A stretch of 64,000 nt of DNA from an uncultured delta proteobacterium (GTDB lineage Bacteria; Desulfobacterota; Desulfobacteria; Desulfobacterales; Desulfosalsimonadaceae). The stretch covers positions 1-64,000 of the forward strand of contig CAWGYD010000003.1 of NCBI GenBank assembly GCA_963826785.1, in the 5' to 3' direction. Position 1 is the stretch's first letter; the number at the start of each line of letters is the position of its first letter. The position numbers and the translations under genes were made by a program. Shown here piece after piece: positions 50,154-61,500 of this stretch. A model generated the notes under the pieces. That model had not been told where the DNA came from, searched no databases, and saw nothing but the letters and a program-made list of their open reading frames with translations.

Positions 50154-51091
50154 TGCCCCCACGACTGGTCATCGGCACACGGGGCAGCCAGCTGGCCCTC
50201 TGGCAGGCCAACTGGGTCAAGGCCGAACTGGAACGGGCCCATCCCGGCCTTTCCTGTTCACTGGAGATCATCAAAACCAGCGGCGATAAAATTCTGGATG
50301 TGCCCCTGGCCCAGGTCGGGGGCAAAGGGCTGTTCGTCAAGGAGATCGAAGAGGCGCTCTTAAACGGGACCGTAGACCTGGCCGTGCACAGCATGAAGGA
50401 CATGCCGGCTCTGATTCCAGACGGTCTGGGCATCGGCGCGGTTACCCGGCGGGAAGCCGCCAATGACGTGCTGATTTCCCGGGCGGGCAACACCCTGATG
50501 GAAATGCCGGAAAACGCGCGCATCGGCACCAGCAGTTTAAGAAGGGCATCCCAGCTGCTGCATCGACGGCCCGATTTTCAGATCATCCCCCTGCGGGGAA
50601 ATATCGACACGCGTCTTAAAAAGCTGCAAACCCAGGATATGCATGCCATTGTCCTTGCGGCCGCAGGCATTCTGCGCCTGGATTTCGCCGGCCATATTAC
50701 CGAATACATCGATACCGACGTCCTCATCCCCGCCGTGGGCCAGGGAGCGCTCTGCATTGAGACCCGCAGTAATGATCCATCCGTCATCGAACGGCTGTCC
50801 GTTTTGAATCACGACGAGACCCGCAGCGCAGTACTGGCCGAACGGGCCTTTCTGAAACGACTGGAAGGCGGGTGCCAGGTTCCGGTGGCCGCCTACGGCA
50901 CGGTGCAAGACGGTCTTCTTCACATTTCCGGCATGGTGGCCGAAACCGACGGGTCCCTCATGTACCGGCAATCGCTCAACGGTCCCGTATCACAGGCCGA
51001 AGCACTCGGGCTCGCCCTGGCCGAAGATCTCATCGGCCAGGGGGCCCAGGCCATTTTAGACAGACTCTGTCAAGAAAGCAAAAAACCATGA
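50153..51091 (+). CDS. hemC: Hydroxymethylbilane synthase
   Basis: GTRGSQLALWQA, GGKGLFVKE, VHSMKD, GTSSLRR, RGNIDTRL, EGGCQVP. Confidence 0.97.
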   Translation: MPPRLVIGTRGSQLALWQANWVKAELERAHPGLSCSLEIIKTSGDKILDVPLAQVGGKGLFVKEIEEALLNGTVDLAVHSMKDMPALIPDGLGIGAVTRREAANDVLISRAGNTLMEMPENARIGTSSLRRASQLLHRRPDFQIIPLRGNIDTRLKKLQTQDMHAIVLAAAGILRLDFAGHITEYIDTDVLIPAVGQGALCIETRSNDPSVIERLSVLNHDETRSAVLAERAFLKRLEGGCQVPVAAYGTVQDGLLHISGMVAETDGSLMYRQSLNGPVSQAEALGLALAEDLIGQGAQAILDRLCQESKKP

Positions 51092-52611
51092 CGACGAAAA
51101 AGGTATATTTGGTGGGGGCCGGCCCCGGTGATCCGGGCCTGATCACCGTAAAGGGGAAATGGTGCATCGAGCAGGCCGAGGTGATCATCTATGACTACCT
51201 GGCCGCGGACGAACTACTCGCCTATGCACGGCAGGATGCGGAAATCATCTATGCCGGCAAGCAGGGGGGGGATCATACCCTGACCCAGGACCAGATCAAC
51301 GCCCTGATCGCCCGAAAGGCAAAAGAAGGCAAGACGGTGACCCGCCTCAAGGGTGGGGACCCCTTTATTTTCGGCCGGGGCGGGGAAGAGATCGAGGTTC
51401 TCATCGATGCGGGAATCGAATTTGAGATCGTCCCCGGGGTGACTTCCGCCATCGCGGCCCCGGCCTACGCGGGGATACCGCTGACCCACCGGAAATACAC
51501 CTCGAGCGTCACCTTCGTCACCGGGCACGAGGACCCCGACAAGGCGGAATCGAGCCTCAACTGGGATACACTGGCCCAAAATCCCGGCACCCTGGTCTTC
51601 CTCATGGGGGTGAAAAACCTTCCCCGGATCGCCGGCCAGCTGGCCGCCCACGGAAAAGACGAACAAACCCCCGTGGCCCTGGTGCGGTGGGGGACCACCC
51701 CGGACCAGGAGGTCCTGAGCGGAACACTTGCCGATATCGCCGAAAAAGCAGCCGCCGCCAACCTGAAGCCGCCCTGTATCATCATCGTGGGTGAGGTGGT
51801 CCGCCTGCGGGAAAAGATGAAATGGTTTGAAAACCGGCCCCTTTTCGGAAAACGGATCGCGGTTACCCGTGCCCGGGCCCAGGCCAGCGAACTGGTGGAG
51901 CAGCTGAGGATGCTGGGGGCCTCCTGCCTGGAATCCCCGGTGATCCGGATCATCCCCCCCGATGACCGGGCCCCGCTGATACAGGCCGTTAACCGCATTA
52001 AAGAATATGACTGGCTCACCTTTACCAGCGTCAACGGGGTGGAGTCGTTTTTTGACGCTTTACACGAGCAGGGAAAGGATGCCCGCGCCCTGGGGCATCT
52101 GCAGACCGCATGCATCGGGCCGTCCACTGCCGCACGGCTGCGCGATTACGGCCTGTTAAGCGATATCGTCCCGGAAACCTTCCGGGCGGAATCGGTGGCG
52201 GCCGCCTTTGCGGAAAAACCGCTGTCCGGCAGGAAGATCCTGCTGGCCCGGGCCAAAGAAGCCCGGTCGGTCCTGCCGGAGGAACTGGTGAAAATGGGGG
52301 CGGACGTGGACGAGGTGATTGCCTACCAGACCGTTCAGGATTCGACCGCAAAAGCTCAGCTGCTCGAAGAACTTGAAGCGTGCCGGATCGATATGGTCAC
52401 CTTCACCAGTTCCTCCACGGTCACCAATTTCAAGGACCTGATCCCCCCGGACCGGTTTGAAACCCTCATGAAGGATGTCGCGGTCGCCTCCATCGGCCCC
52501 ATCACCTCGGAAACCGCTGAAAAAAACGGTTTTCAGGTGGATACCGCCGCGGAGCAATACACCATTTCCGGCCTGTGCGAAGCCATTGTCAGGTACTATT
52601 CGCCCCGGTGA
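51088..52611 (+). CDS. cobA: Uroporphyrinogen-III C-methyltransferase / uroporphyrinogen-III synthase fusion (CobA-HemD)
   Basis: [27 protein letters not shown]; then RIAVTRA, FTSVNGV, FTSSSTV, SIGPIT. Confidence 0.95.
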   Translation: MTTKKVYLVGAGPGDPGLITVKGKWCIEQAEVIIYDYLAADELLAYARQDAEIIYAGKQGGDHTLTQDQINALIARKAKEGKTVTRLKGGDPFIFGRGGEEIEVLIDAGIEFEIVPGVTSAIAAPAYAGIPLTHRKYTSSVTFVTGHEDPDKAESSLNWDTLAQNPGTLVFLMGVKNLPRIAGQLAAHGKDEQTPVALVRWGTTPDQEVLSGTLADIAEKAAAANLKPPCIIIVGEVVRLREKMKWFENRPLFGKRIAVTRARAQASELVEQLRMLGASCLESPVIRIIPPDDRAPLIQAVNRIKEYDWLTFTSVNGVESFFDALHEQGKDARALGHLQTACIGPSTAARLRDYGLLSDIVPETFRAESVAAAFAEKPLSGRKILLARAKEARSVLPEELVKMGADVDEVIAYQTVQDSTAKAQLLEELEACRIDMVTFTSSSTVTNFKDLIPPDRFETLMKDVAVASIGPITSETAEKNGFQVDTAAEQYTISGLCEAIVRYYSPR

Positions 52612-52853
52612 ACGACCCGCCCCATTTTGTTCGAGTCCGGCATTGCGTTTTCTGACCCCCAGAGTCCACCGCCAGGGCCGCCGCGGAAAAAATATATTCC
52701 TGCGACCCTTGGCGACAAATTTTTGTAGTCCTTTATACGGCGAACCCAGGCGGATCATCGGAGATCTTCTTCTGAAAATCGGGTCCGGTTTGAAGAAGAT
52801 TGACCGGTCCCCCGGCCGTGTATATGACTATAAAAAGTACAAAAGGACCGCTC

Positions 52854-54026
52854 ATGGAGCTCATGGAGCAGATTTTAAAAAAATTGCCGGGATTTGTCGA
52901 TCAGATCCGATCCATGCGGGAGACGCTGATCGCCAACATCGTGCTGATCGGGCAGACCCCCGGGCCCACCTTTCATGAGGAGGAACGGGCGGAAATCCTG
53001 CTGGAACGGCTCACCGATGCCCAGGCGGACTACTGCGCCACCGATGGCTACAACAACCCCGTTGCCATCGTGCGGGGAACCGGGGGCGGCGCCGCCCCAC
53101 CCATTTTCATCGTGGCCCATATCGATACGTTCTTCCAGGCGGATGTCGACCACAACTACATCATCCGCAAAAATGTCATCTCCGGCCCCGGGATACTGGA
53201 CAACTCCGTGGGGGTGGGGGTGCTGGCATCCATGCCGGTCCTGTTTCGAAAGCTCGACCTCCAGTTTCAATCCGACATCGTGCTGGCCGGGGTGACCCAA
53301 TCCATCGGCAAAGGAAACTTCCAGGGCATCCGGCACCTGCTCAATTCATGGGAAGGGCCCATCCGGGGGGCGGTGATCATGGAGGGGGATAAACTGGGCC
53401 GGCTCAATTACGCCTCCGAAGGGATCATCCGGTGCGAAGTCGCCTGCGACGTCACCTCGCCCAACGGCTGGGAACGGAAACATCAGCCCAATGCCATCAT
53501 CATCTTAAATGAAGTCATCAACGAGATCATGGCCATGAAATTCCCCTGGCGGCCCCGCTCCCGGGTCATCATCGGAAAGATAAACGGCGGCTTCAAGCAC
53601 GGGACCATCGCCTTCGACGCCCGCCTGGGGTTTGAAATCCAGAGCGATTCAGATGAGATGGTCAAGAAAATGCACGATGAAATCAAGGATATCATCAGCG
53701 GCATCGGCCACGAACACCGGGTCACCCTCAAGATGAACACCATCAGCCACCTGAATGCCGCCACCCTGAAATACCGGCACCCCCTGGTGAAAAGCACGGT
53801 GGCCATCATGAAGCGACTGGGGCTGAAACCGGTCAGCGAATCGAGCGAATCGGAGCTCTCCATCTTCCTGGCCAAGAAAATTCCGGCCATTTCTCTGGGG
53901 ATCACCGAGGGGAAGAACATCCACCTGGAACATGCATCCATGAAGATCGAACCGATGTTTACGGGAATCGCCCAGATCATCGGCCTCATCATGGCCATCG
54001 ACAGCGGAGTATGCGATGACGCATGA
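52854..54026 (+). CDS. M20/M25/M40-family metallohydrolase-like protein (degenerate EE motif)
   Basis: PGPTFHEEERA, VAHIDT, GPGILDNS, GKINGG dimerisation region, IPAISLG..IH. Confidence 0.75.
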   Translation: MELMEQILKKLPGFVDQIRSMRETLIANIVLIGQTPGPTFHEEERAEILLERLTDAQADYCATDGYNNPVAIVRGTGGGAAPPIFIVAHIDTFFQADVDHNYIIRKNVISGPGILDNSVGVGVLASMPVLFRKLDLQFQSDIVLAGVTQSIGKGNFQGIRHLLNSWEGPIRGAVIMEGDKLGRLNYASEGIIRCEVACDVTSPNGWERKHQPNAIIILNEVINEIMAMKFPWRPRSRVIIGKINGGFKHGTIAFDARLGFEIQSDSDEMVKKMHDEIKDIISGIGHEHRVTLKMNTISHLNAATLKYRHPLVKSTVAIMKRLGLKPVSESSESELSIFLAKKIPAISLGITEGKNIHLEHASMKIEPMFTGIAQIIGLIMAIDSGVCDDA

Positions 54027-55026
54027 CTGGCTCAATACCCACACCTTCCACCATTCCCGATTTCGGGACATCTCCGCGCTGGTTGAAGCGAAAAACAAAA
54101 AAGAATTGACGATTTCCCTGTGCCTCCCCACGCTGAACGAGGAAAAGACCATTGCCAAGGAAATCGTGATCTTGAAATCGGAACTCATGACCCGGTTTCC
54201 CCTGCTGGATGAGATCGTGGTGATCGATTCCGGATCCACGGACCACACCATCGACATTGCCGGAAGCTACGGCGCAAATGTATACTCGGCCAGCAAGATA
54301 CTGCCCCACCTGGAAAATTTCACCGGAAAAGGCGAAAACCTGTGGAAGGCCCTGTATGTCACCCGGGGCGATATCATCGTCTACCTGGATGCGGACATCA
54401 AAAACATTCATCACCGGTTTGTCTACGGGCTGCTGGGTCCATTGATGCTGTTTGACAATATCCGGTTCGCCAAGGCCTTCTATGACCGGCCGCTTTCCAT
54501 CGAACGGAACAAGATCCGCGCCACCGGGGGCGGCAGGGTGACGGAGCTGATCGTCCGGCCGCTATTTTCACTTTATTTTCCGGAGCTGACCCAGTTTATT
54601 CAGCCCCTTTCCGGGGAATACGCCGGCCATCGAGAATTGTTTGAAAACATCTCCTTTCCCATCGGGTATGGCGTGGAGACCAGCATGATATTAGATATTT
54701 ATGAAAAATGGGGACTCAATGTCATGGCCCAGGTGGACCTGGACCGAAGGGTGCACCGGAATCAGGAAACCCAGGCCCTGGGCGTGATGTCCTTCGTCAT
54801 TTTAAAGACCTTTTTCAACCGGATTCAACGGCTGGGCATCATGGACATCAAGACGCCGCTTTTTGATGAAATGATCCAGTATAAGCGCACCCTGGACAAG
54901 TTTCAGGCCGACATTCACCGCATCATGGGGCATGAACGCCCGCCCATGATCAGCATTCCCGAATACCGGGAAAGATACACAGCTCATCTACACAAGGATA
55001 AAAACGACCCCTATGCCGCTCATTGA
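54016..55026 (+). CDS. gpgS: Glucosyl-3-phosphoglycerate synthase
   Basis: LPTLNEE, DSGSTD, GKGENLW, YLDAD, GGRVTEL..RP, QPLSGEYA, GYGVE, HRNQ. Confidence 0.88.
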   Translation: MTHDWLNTHTFHHSRFRDISALVEAKNKKELTISLCLPTLNEEKTIAKEIVILKSELMTRFPLLDEIVVIDSGSTDHTIDIAGSYGANVYSASKILPHLENFTGKGENLWKALYVTRGDIIVYLDADIKNIHHRFVYGLLGPLMLFDNIRFAKAFYDRPLSIERNKIRATGGGRVTELIVRPLFSLYFPELTQFIQPLSGEYAGHRELFENISFPIGYGVETSMILDIYEKWGLNVMAQVDLDRRVHRNQETQALGVMSFVILKTFFNRIQRLGIMDIKTPLFDEMIQYKRTLDKFQADIHRIMGHERPPMISIPEYRERYTAHLHKDKNDPYAAH

Positions 55027-55997
55027 CCCCTATCAACGCTCCCTGAATTACCTTCGAATATCGATTACCGACCGGTGCAATCTCGGCTGTATCTACTGTG
55101 ACCCTTCCCGGATTGCCGAAAAACTTTCCCACCGGGAGATACTGAGCTATGAGGAACTGCTGCGGATCATCCGGGTGGGGATAAGCCTGGGGATCACCAA
55201 GATCCGGGTCACCGGCGGCGAACCCCTGGTCCGGAAGGGCTGCTGCGGATTTCTCCGGGAGCTTGGGCAGTTTTCATGAACTCACGGACATCTCGCTGAC
55301 CACCAACGGGGTGCTGCTGAAATCCCATATCGACGATATCGCTTCTGCTGGCATCAAACGGCTCAATATCAGCCTGGATACCCTGGATCGGGCAAAATAC
55401 CATCACATCACCGGCGTCGATGCGTTCAAGGATGTCATCGATGCGATTCTGCTTGCCCATGAAATGGGTTTTGCCCCCATCAAGATCAATGCCGTGGTCC
55501 TTTCCAAAATCAACACGGATGAACTGGCCGATCTGGCCAGGCTCTCCATGCTATACCCGTTTCACATCCGCTTCATCGAATACATGCCCCTGGGCGACAA
55601 CCCCGCAGACCCGCTGGGAGAGCAGCTGCTGTTTCCGGAAATTTTTGCACGCCTGGAGCAGCTGGGTCCGCTGATACCGATTGCGCGCGGTTGCCATGAC
55701 GGCCCGGCGCTTCGCTACAGGTACAAAGATGCCAAAGGCGAGGTGGGGTTCATCAATCCCATCAGCCGGCATTTCTGCGCCGCCTGCAACCGGCTGAGGA
55801 TCACCGCCGACGGACGGATTCTGTCCTGCCTCCTGTCTTCGAATTTCGAAGATATCAAGACCCCGCTGCGCGCGGGATGCGCAGATGATAAAATTGCCGC
55901 CGTTTTCCTGCGTGCGGCAAAAAACAAGCCCATGCAGCGGCCCGATGCGATTGTCTCCGGCGCGCGAAATTGCCGGATGGTTTCCATCGGCGGATAA
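55013..55997 (+). CDS. moaA: GTP 3',8-cyclase, radical SAM (frameshift ~55270)
   Basis: YLRISITDRCNLGCIYC, TGGEP; then TTNG, NISLD, RFIEYMP, FCAACNRLR and C-terminal SIGG. Confidence 0.95.
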
Positions 55998-56048
55998 GTC
56001 TCCCCGCTGCGGCGCCGCATGGGCGGGACTTGACAACCGGGATGGATG

Positions 56049-56062
56049 TGTAAATTTTTACA
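56049..56062. promoter_or_regulatory. Palindromic operator candidate upstream of the efflux operon
   Basis: TGTAAA-TT-TTTACA, just downstream of TTGACA (56030-56035). Confidence 0.45.
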
Positions 56063-56102
56063 TTTACGAAACGATCTAACCCCAATCGAGGACAAACTGC
56101 CT

Positions 56103-57429
56103 ATGAGACGCATCACGCGGGGTCGCAGCGGAACTTTCATTTTCCTGACGCTATTGATGTTCACCACGACGGCTATTTCCGCAGAAGTGCCTTCACCCTG
56201 TGAATACCCACTGACCCTGGAGGAAGCGTTCCGGATCGCCTTGCGGAAAAACGAGCAGTTGGCCATCTCCGGGCAGCAGGTCGCCCAGGCCGAAGCCGAC
56301 CTGACCATCGCCACCGCCCCCCTGCTCCCACAGTTGAACGCGACGGCGGAATCTGTGGAGCGAAGCGCAAACCAGTTCAGCCCGGGAAGCTACAACGATG
56401 TCGGTGTCTCCGGCCAGCAGAGCCTCTTTACGGGGGGCCAAAACTGGTACACCCGGGCGGCCAGCAAGAATACCCTCTGCAGCGAACGCTACCGCCACAG
56501 CCGCCTGAAACAGGAAATCCTGTTTCAGGTGGCCTCCCAGTATTACCAGGCTTTGCTTGCCAAACGACTCATCGAAATATCTGAAAATCAGCTTCACCGC
56601 GCCCAATCCCAGCTGGATCTGGCCAAACAGCAGCAGGAAGTCGGCCTGGTGAACCAGACCGCGGTGCTCCGGGCCAGGGTCGAAGTGGCCTCAGCCCGGG
56701 AAGAGATCATGCGCGCACAGAACCAGTACCAGATCGCGCTGCAGCAGCTTGCCCTTGAGTTGGGCATCGATGCCCCTCCGACCTGCATTGCAGAACCCGA
56801 GGAGATCCGATCTGAAAACATCGCGCCTGACCAGTATTGCCGGATGGCTTATGACAACCGACTGGACGTATCGCAGGCCCAGCGCTCACTGGAAGCCGCC
56901 GTGGATTCGGTAAAGGCCAGCCGCGGCAGCTTTCTGCCGGACCTGTTCGTGGAAGGCAATTATGTACGTGCGGACAACAAGGAATTGTTCTTCAACAACA
57001 ATGAAAACTGGGAAATTTCGCTGCAAGCGGCTTATCCCCTGTTCACCGGGTTTCGAAATACCGGAGAGCTCGGCCGGGCCAAGGCCGCCAGAAAACAGGC
57101 CGCCGCATTCCTCACCCGGCTGAAGCAGGAAATCCAGGTGGATGTTCGATCCACCTGCTATCAGATTCAAACCCAGCAGAAAGTCATCAAAAGCCTGCAG
57201 GACCAGTTGGAATCCGCGACGGCCAACTACGACCAGATCACCGCACAATTCCAGGAAGGCCTGGTCTCCTCCGTGGACGTGGTGGACGCCCAGACCGTGT
57301 TGAATGAATCCGAAAACAGGCTGGCCAATCGCCTATTACCAGCTGCAGGTCAATCAGTTTCAGCTGAGGCTGGCCACGGGATCCATCGGAAGGGATTTGA
57401 ATCTGGTAGAAGGAGACGTGTGCAGATGA
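56103..57429 (+). CDS. TolC-family outer-membrane efflux protein (frameshift ~57330)
   Basis: LTLEEAFRIAL, LLPQL, VASQYY, FLPDL, PLFTG. Removing one base at ~57330 gives LANAYYQLQVNQFQLRLATG.. ending at TGA that overlaps the next ATG. Confidence 0.88.
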
Positions 57430-58556
57430 TCAAACGGATGATCTTCATGATCTTGATTCTGGGGGTGGTATTCGGCGCCATTTTCGGTTACCGGCTGTTC
57501 GTGAATCAGAAGATAAAGGAATTCATGGCCACCCAGCAGGCGCCGCCGGTGAGCGTGGGGGCCATGGAAACGCAAAAAACCACCTGGAACCCGATCCTTA
57601 CGGCAGTGGGGTCCCTGACTGCCAGCAAAGGGGTGGAGGTCACCGGGGAGATCCCCGGCCTGGTGGAATCGATTCATTTCCAATCCGGCCAGCCTGTTGA
57701 CAAAGGAACGCTCCTGATTACCCTGGATACCCGGTCCGACCAGGCCCTTCTCGCAAGCCTGCAGGCTTCGGCAAACCTGGCCGAAACCCAGCTCAAGCGC
57801 ATGAAGACCCTGGTGAAGAAAAACATGGTGCCCCAGTCCGACCTGGACCAGGCCGAGGCCCAGTACAAAAACACCGCCGCTCAGGTCAGGGAACAGGAGA
57901 TTCTCATTGACAAGAAACGGATACAGGCCCCCTTTTCCGGCATCCTGGGGATCCGCCGGGTGGATGTGGGGCAATACCTTTCCCCCGGCACGCCCATCGT
58001 GTCGCTCCAGGCGCTCGATCCGATCTATGCCGATTTCACCCTCCCCCAGCAGATGCTCAACCAGGTGCGGGAAGGCCAGGCCATGGTCATGACCTTCGAC
58101 GCATGGGAGAACCTCGAGTTTAGGGGAAAAATTTCCGCCATCGAACCCCGGGTCAACCCGGATACCCGCAATTTCACCGTACGGGCGACCCTGGAAAATC
58201 CGGAAAGCCGGCTCAAGCCCGGAATGTTCGGAACCGTGGCCATCGAGCTGCCGGCAAAAAAGGATGTGATCGCCCTTCCCCAGACCGCCATCAGCTACAA
58301 CCCCTATGGGGATGTCATTTTTGTCATCGAGAAAACAGGCGTCGATGACCGGGGGAATCCGATTCTCACGGCAAGCCGCCGGTTTGTGGTGACCGGCGAT
58401 TCCCGCGGGGGCCTGGTGGAAATCACCGAAGGGCTTACGCCAGGCGAGAGAGTCGTGGTCGTCGGGCAGAATAAACTCAAGGAAGGTGACCGGGTCGTCA
58501 TCAACAATGAAGTGATGCCCAAAGCCGAACTTTCTCCGGATCTGCCCAATGAGTAG
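57426..58556 (+). CDS. RND efflux periplasmic adaptor (membrane fusion protein)
   Basis: N-terminal TM, GSL..GVEV, FQSGQPVDKG, IQAPFSGILG, LKPGMF, GLTPGERVV. Confidence 0.93.
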   Translation: MIKRMIFMILILGVVFGAIFGYRLFVNQKIKEFMATQQAPPVSVGAMETQKTTWNPILTAVGSLTASKGVEVTGEIPGLVESIHFQSGQPVDKGTLLITLDTRSDQALLASLQASANLAETQLKRMKTLVKKNMVPQSDLDQAEAQYKNTAAQVREQEILIDKKRIQAPFSGILGIRRVDVGQYLSPGTPIVSLQALDPIYADFTLPQQMLNQVREGQAMVMTFDAWENLEFRGKISAIEPRVNPDTRNFTVRATLENPESRLKPGMFGTVAIELPAKKDVIALPQTAISYNPYGDVIFVIEKTGVDDRGNPILTASRRFVVTGDSRGGLVEITEGLTPGERVVVVGQNKLKEGDRVVINNEVMPKAELSPDLPNE

Positions 58557-58568
58557 GGGTTTTCCACC

Positions 58569-61500
58569 ATGAAATTTACCGATATCTTCATCAAACGCCC
58601 CGTTTTGTCCATAGTGGTTTCTCTTCTCATCCTGCTGATGGGCGGCCGCTCCCTGATGCTGCTCAATGTGCGTGAATACCCGGAAACCACCAACGCGGTC
58701 ATCAGTGTCACCACCCCCTATATCGGCGCCAATGCGGACCTGGTGCAGGGATTTATCACCACCCCCCTGGAGCGGGAAATCGCCAGCGCGGACGGGATCG
58801 ACTATATTCAATCCTCCAGCCTGCAGGGGATCAGCATGATCCAGGCCTATCTCAAGCTGGATTACGACCCCTACAAGGCCCTGACCCAGATCACCGCCAA
58901 AGTCAACAAGGTCAAAGGCGAACTTCCCGCCGGAAGCGAGGAGCCCATCATCGACGTGGCGGTGGGGGAGCAGCGGGCCTCCATGTATATCAGTTTCTCC
59001 AGCAATATCCTCAAGGCCAACCAGGTGACCGATTACCTGATCCGGGTGGTTCAGCCCCAGCTTCAGGCGGTTGGCGGCGTCCAGCAGGCCCAGATTCTGG
59101 GGGGCCGGACCTTTGCCATGCGTATCTGGCTCAAGCCGGAAAAAATGGCGGGCCTGGGCATCACGCCCTCCCAGGTACGGGCGGTCCTGGCGGCCAACAA
59201 TTTTCTGTCCGCCGTGGGCGCCACCAAGGGGGAGATGGTCTCGGTGAACCTGACCGCTTCCACTCAATTGCACAATGCCGAACAGTTTCAAAGACTGATC
59301 GTCCGGGAGAGCGGCAATGCGGTCATCCGGCTGGAGGACATCGCGGATGTGGAACTGGGGGCGGAAAACTACGACAGCCGGGTCTATTTCGACGGGAAGA
59401 ACGCCACCTTTATCGGCATCTCCGTTCTTCCCACCGCCAATGCCCTGACCGTCATCGATGACGTCCGGAAAACGTTCCCCCAGATCCGTTCCCAGCTTCC
59501 CGAAGGCCTCACCATGGAGATTCCCTATGATGCCACCAAATATATCAATGACGCCATATATGAAGTGGAGAGAACCCTGGGCGAAGCGCTGGTCATCGTG
59601 ATTATCGTCATCTTCCTTTTCCTCGGTTCGGTCCGATCGGTGCTGATTCCCGCTGTGGCCATGCCCCTGTCCATGATCGGGGCGGGGCTGATCATGCTGG
59701 TGATGGGCTTTTCCATTAACCTGCTCACCCTGCTGGCCCTGGTGCTGGCCATCGGCCTGGTGGTGGATGACGCCATCATCGTCACTGAAAACATCTATCG
59801 CCACATCGAGGAGGGGGAGCATCCGAAGGCCGCCGCGCTCAAGGGCGCCCGGGAACTGGCGGGGCCGGTGATCGCCATGTCCATCACCCTGATCACCGTG
59901 TACGCCCCCATCGGATTCATGGGGGGCCTGACCGGGGCCCTGTTCACTGAATTCGCCTTCGCCCTGGCGGGCGCCGTGTTCATCTCCGGCATCATCGCCC
60001 TGACCCTGTCCCCCATGATGTGTTCCAAAATCCTGAAGCCGACCCAAAAAGCCCGGGGACTGGTCTATTTTCTGGATCGGCTGTTCGAACGGCTCAAGCT
60101 CGCCTACAAACGGCTGTTGCACAATACATTGAACTATTTACCGGTCACGATGGTGTTTGCAGCGGCCATCCTGGTCAGCTGCTACTTTCTGTATACCATG
60201 ACCCAGAAGGAACTGGCCCCCACCGAAGACCGGGGAATCATCCTGATATCCGCCACTGCCGAACCGAATGCCGCCATCGGCCAGACCTCCCTGTATGCCC
60301 TGGAACTGTACAAAACCCTGGCCGGCTTTCCCGAGACCGACCATGTCTTCATGATCGCCGGCGGAGGCGCTTCCGGCACCGCGGCCACCGGCAATTCCGT
60401 GTTCGCCGGGCAGGTTCTGGCCCCGTGGAGCCAGCGGGAGCGGTCTCAGATGGAGATCAAGCCGCTGGTGCAGCAGAAAATCGGCCACATCGCCGGTCTT
60501 GATGCGGTGGCCTTCGATGTGCCGCCGCTGCCCGGCAGCAGCGGCGGTCTGCCCGTCCAGTTCGTCATCAGTTCCACCCAGCCGCCCATCGAAATCAATC
60601 GGGTCGCCCAGGAGATGCTGGCCGCAGCCATGAAAAGCGGCCTGTTTCTGTATGCGGACACTGACCTGAAATACGACCTTCCCCAGACGGACATTCTCAT
60701 CGACCGGGAAAAAGCCGCGGATCTGGGGCTCACCATGGCCGATATCGGGGCCGAACTGGGGACCATGCTGGGAGGCAACTACGTCAACCGGTTTTCCATT
60801 CAGGGCCGCAGCTACAAGGTCATCCCCCAGGTGGTGAGAAACGCGCGCTTGAATCCGGAGCAGCTGAAAAATTATTATATCCCCACCCGGGATAGAAAGC
60901 TGGTGCCGCTCTCCACCGTGGTTACCCTCAAACAGACGGTGCAGCCCGAACAGCTCAAACGGTTTCAGCAGCTCAATTCCGCCATTCTCTCCGCGGTCCC
61001 GGCACCCAGCGTCTCCCAGGGACAAGCCCTGAACTTTCTGGAACAGAAGGCCGCCGAAATCTTTCCTGCCGGATACCGGGCCAATTATGCGGGCCAGTCC
61101 CGACAGTTCATCCAGGAGGGAAGCTCCCTGGTCTTCACCTTCTTTCTGGCCGTTGTCCTGATCTACCTGGTGCTGGCCGCCCAGTTCGAAAGTTTCCGTG
61201 ACCCCATCATCATCCTTATCACCGTCCCTCTGACCATATCGGGGGCCCTGGTGTTTCTGATGCTGGGATTCGCCTCCATCAACATCTACACCCAGGTGGG
61301 CCTGATCACCCTGATCGGGCTGATCAGCAAGCACGGCATCCTCATCGTGGAATTTGCCAACGATCTGCAGATGGAGGGGCTCTCCAAGCGCGAAGCCATC
61401 GAGGAGGCCGCATCCATCCGGCTGCGCCCCATTCTCATGACCACCGCTTCCACGGTCATGGGCGTCTTCCCCCTGCTGATCGCCGCCGGTCCGGGAGCTG

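Noticed and set aside
45209..55997. Selenocysteine read-through as the explanation for TGA-terminated fragments (selA, moaA and others), given that selA is present
   Set aside because: The continuations lie in different frames and the TGA codons do not align with conserved Cys positions.
56046..58556. 836-aa TolC-membrane fusion protein chimera in the ORF track
   Set aside because: One extra base at ~57330 explains it. The corrected TolC ends in a normal tail with an ATGA overlap and an AGGAG RBS for the adaptor, so it is most likely an artefact.
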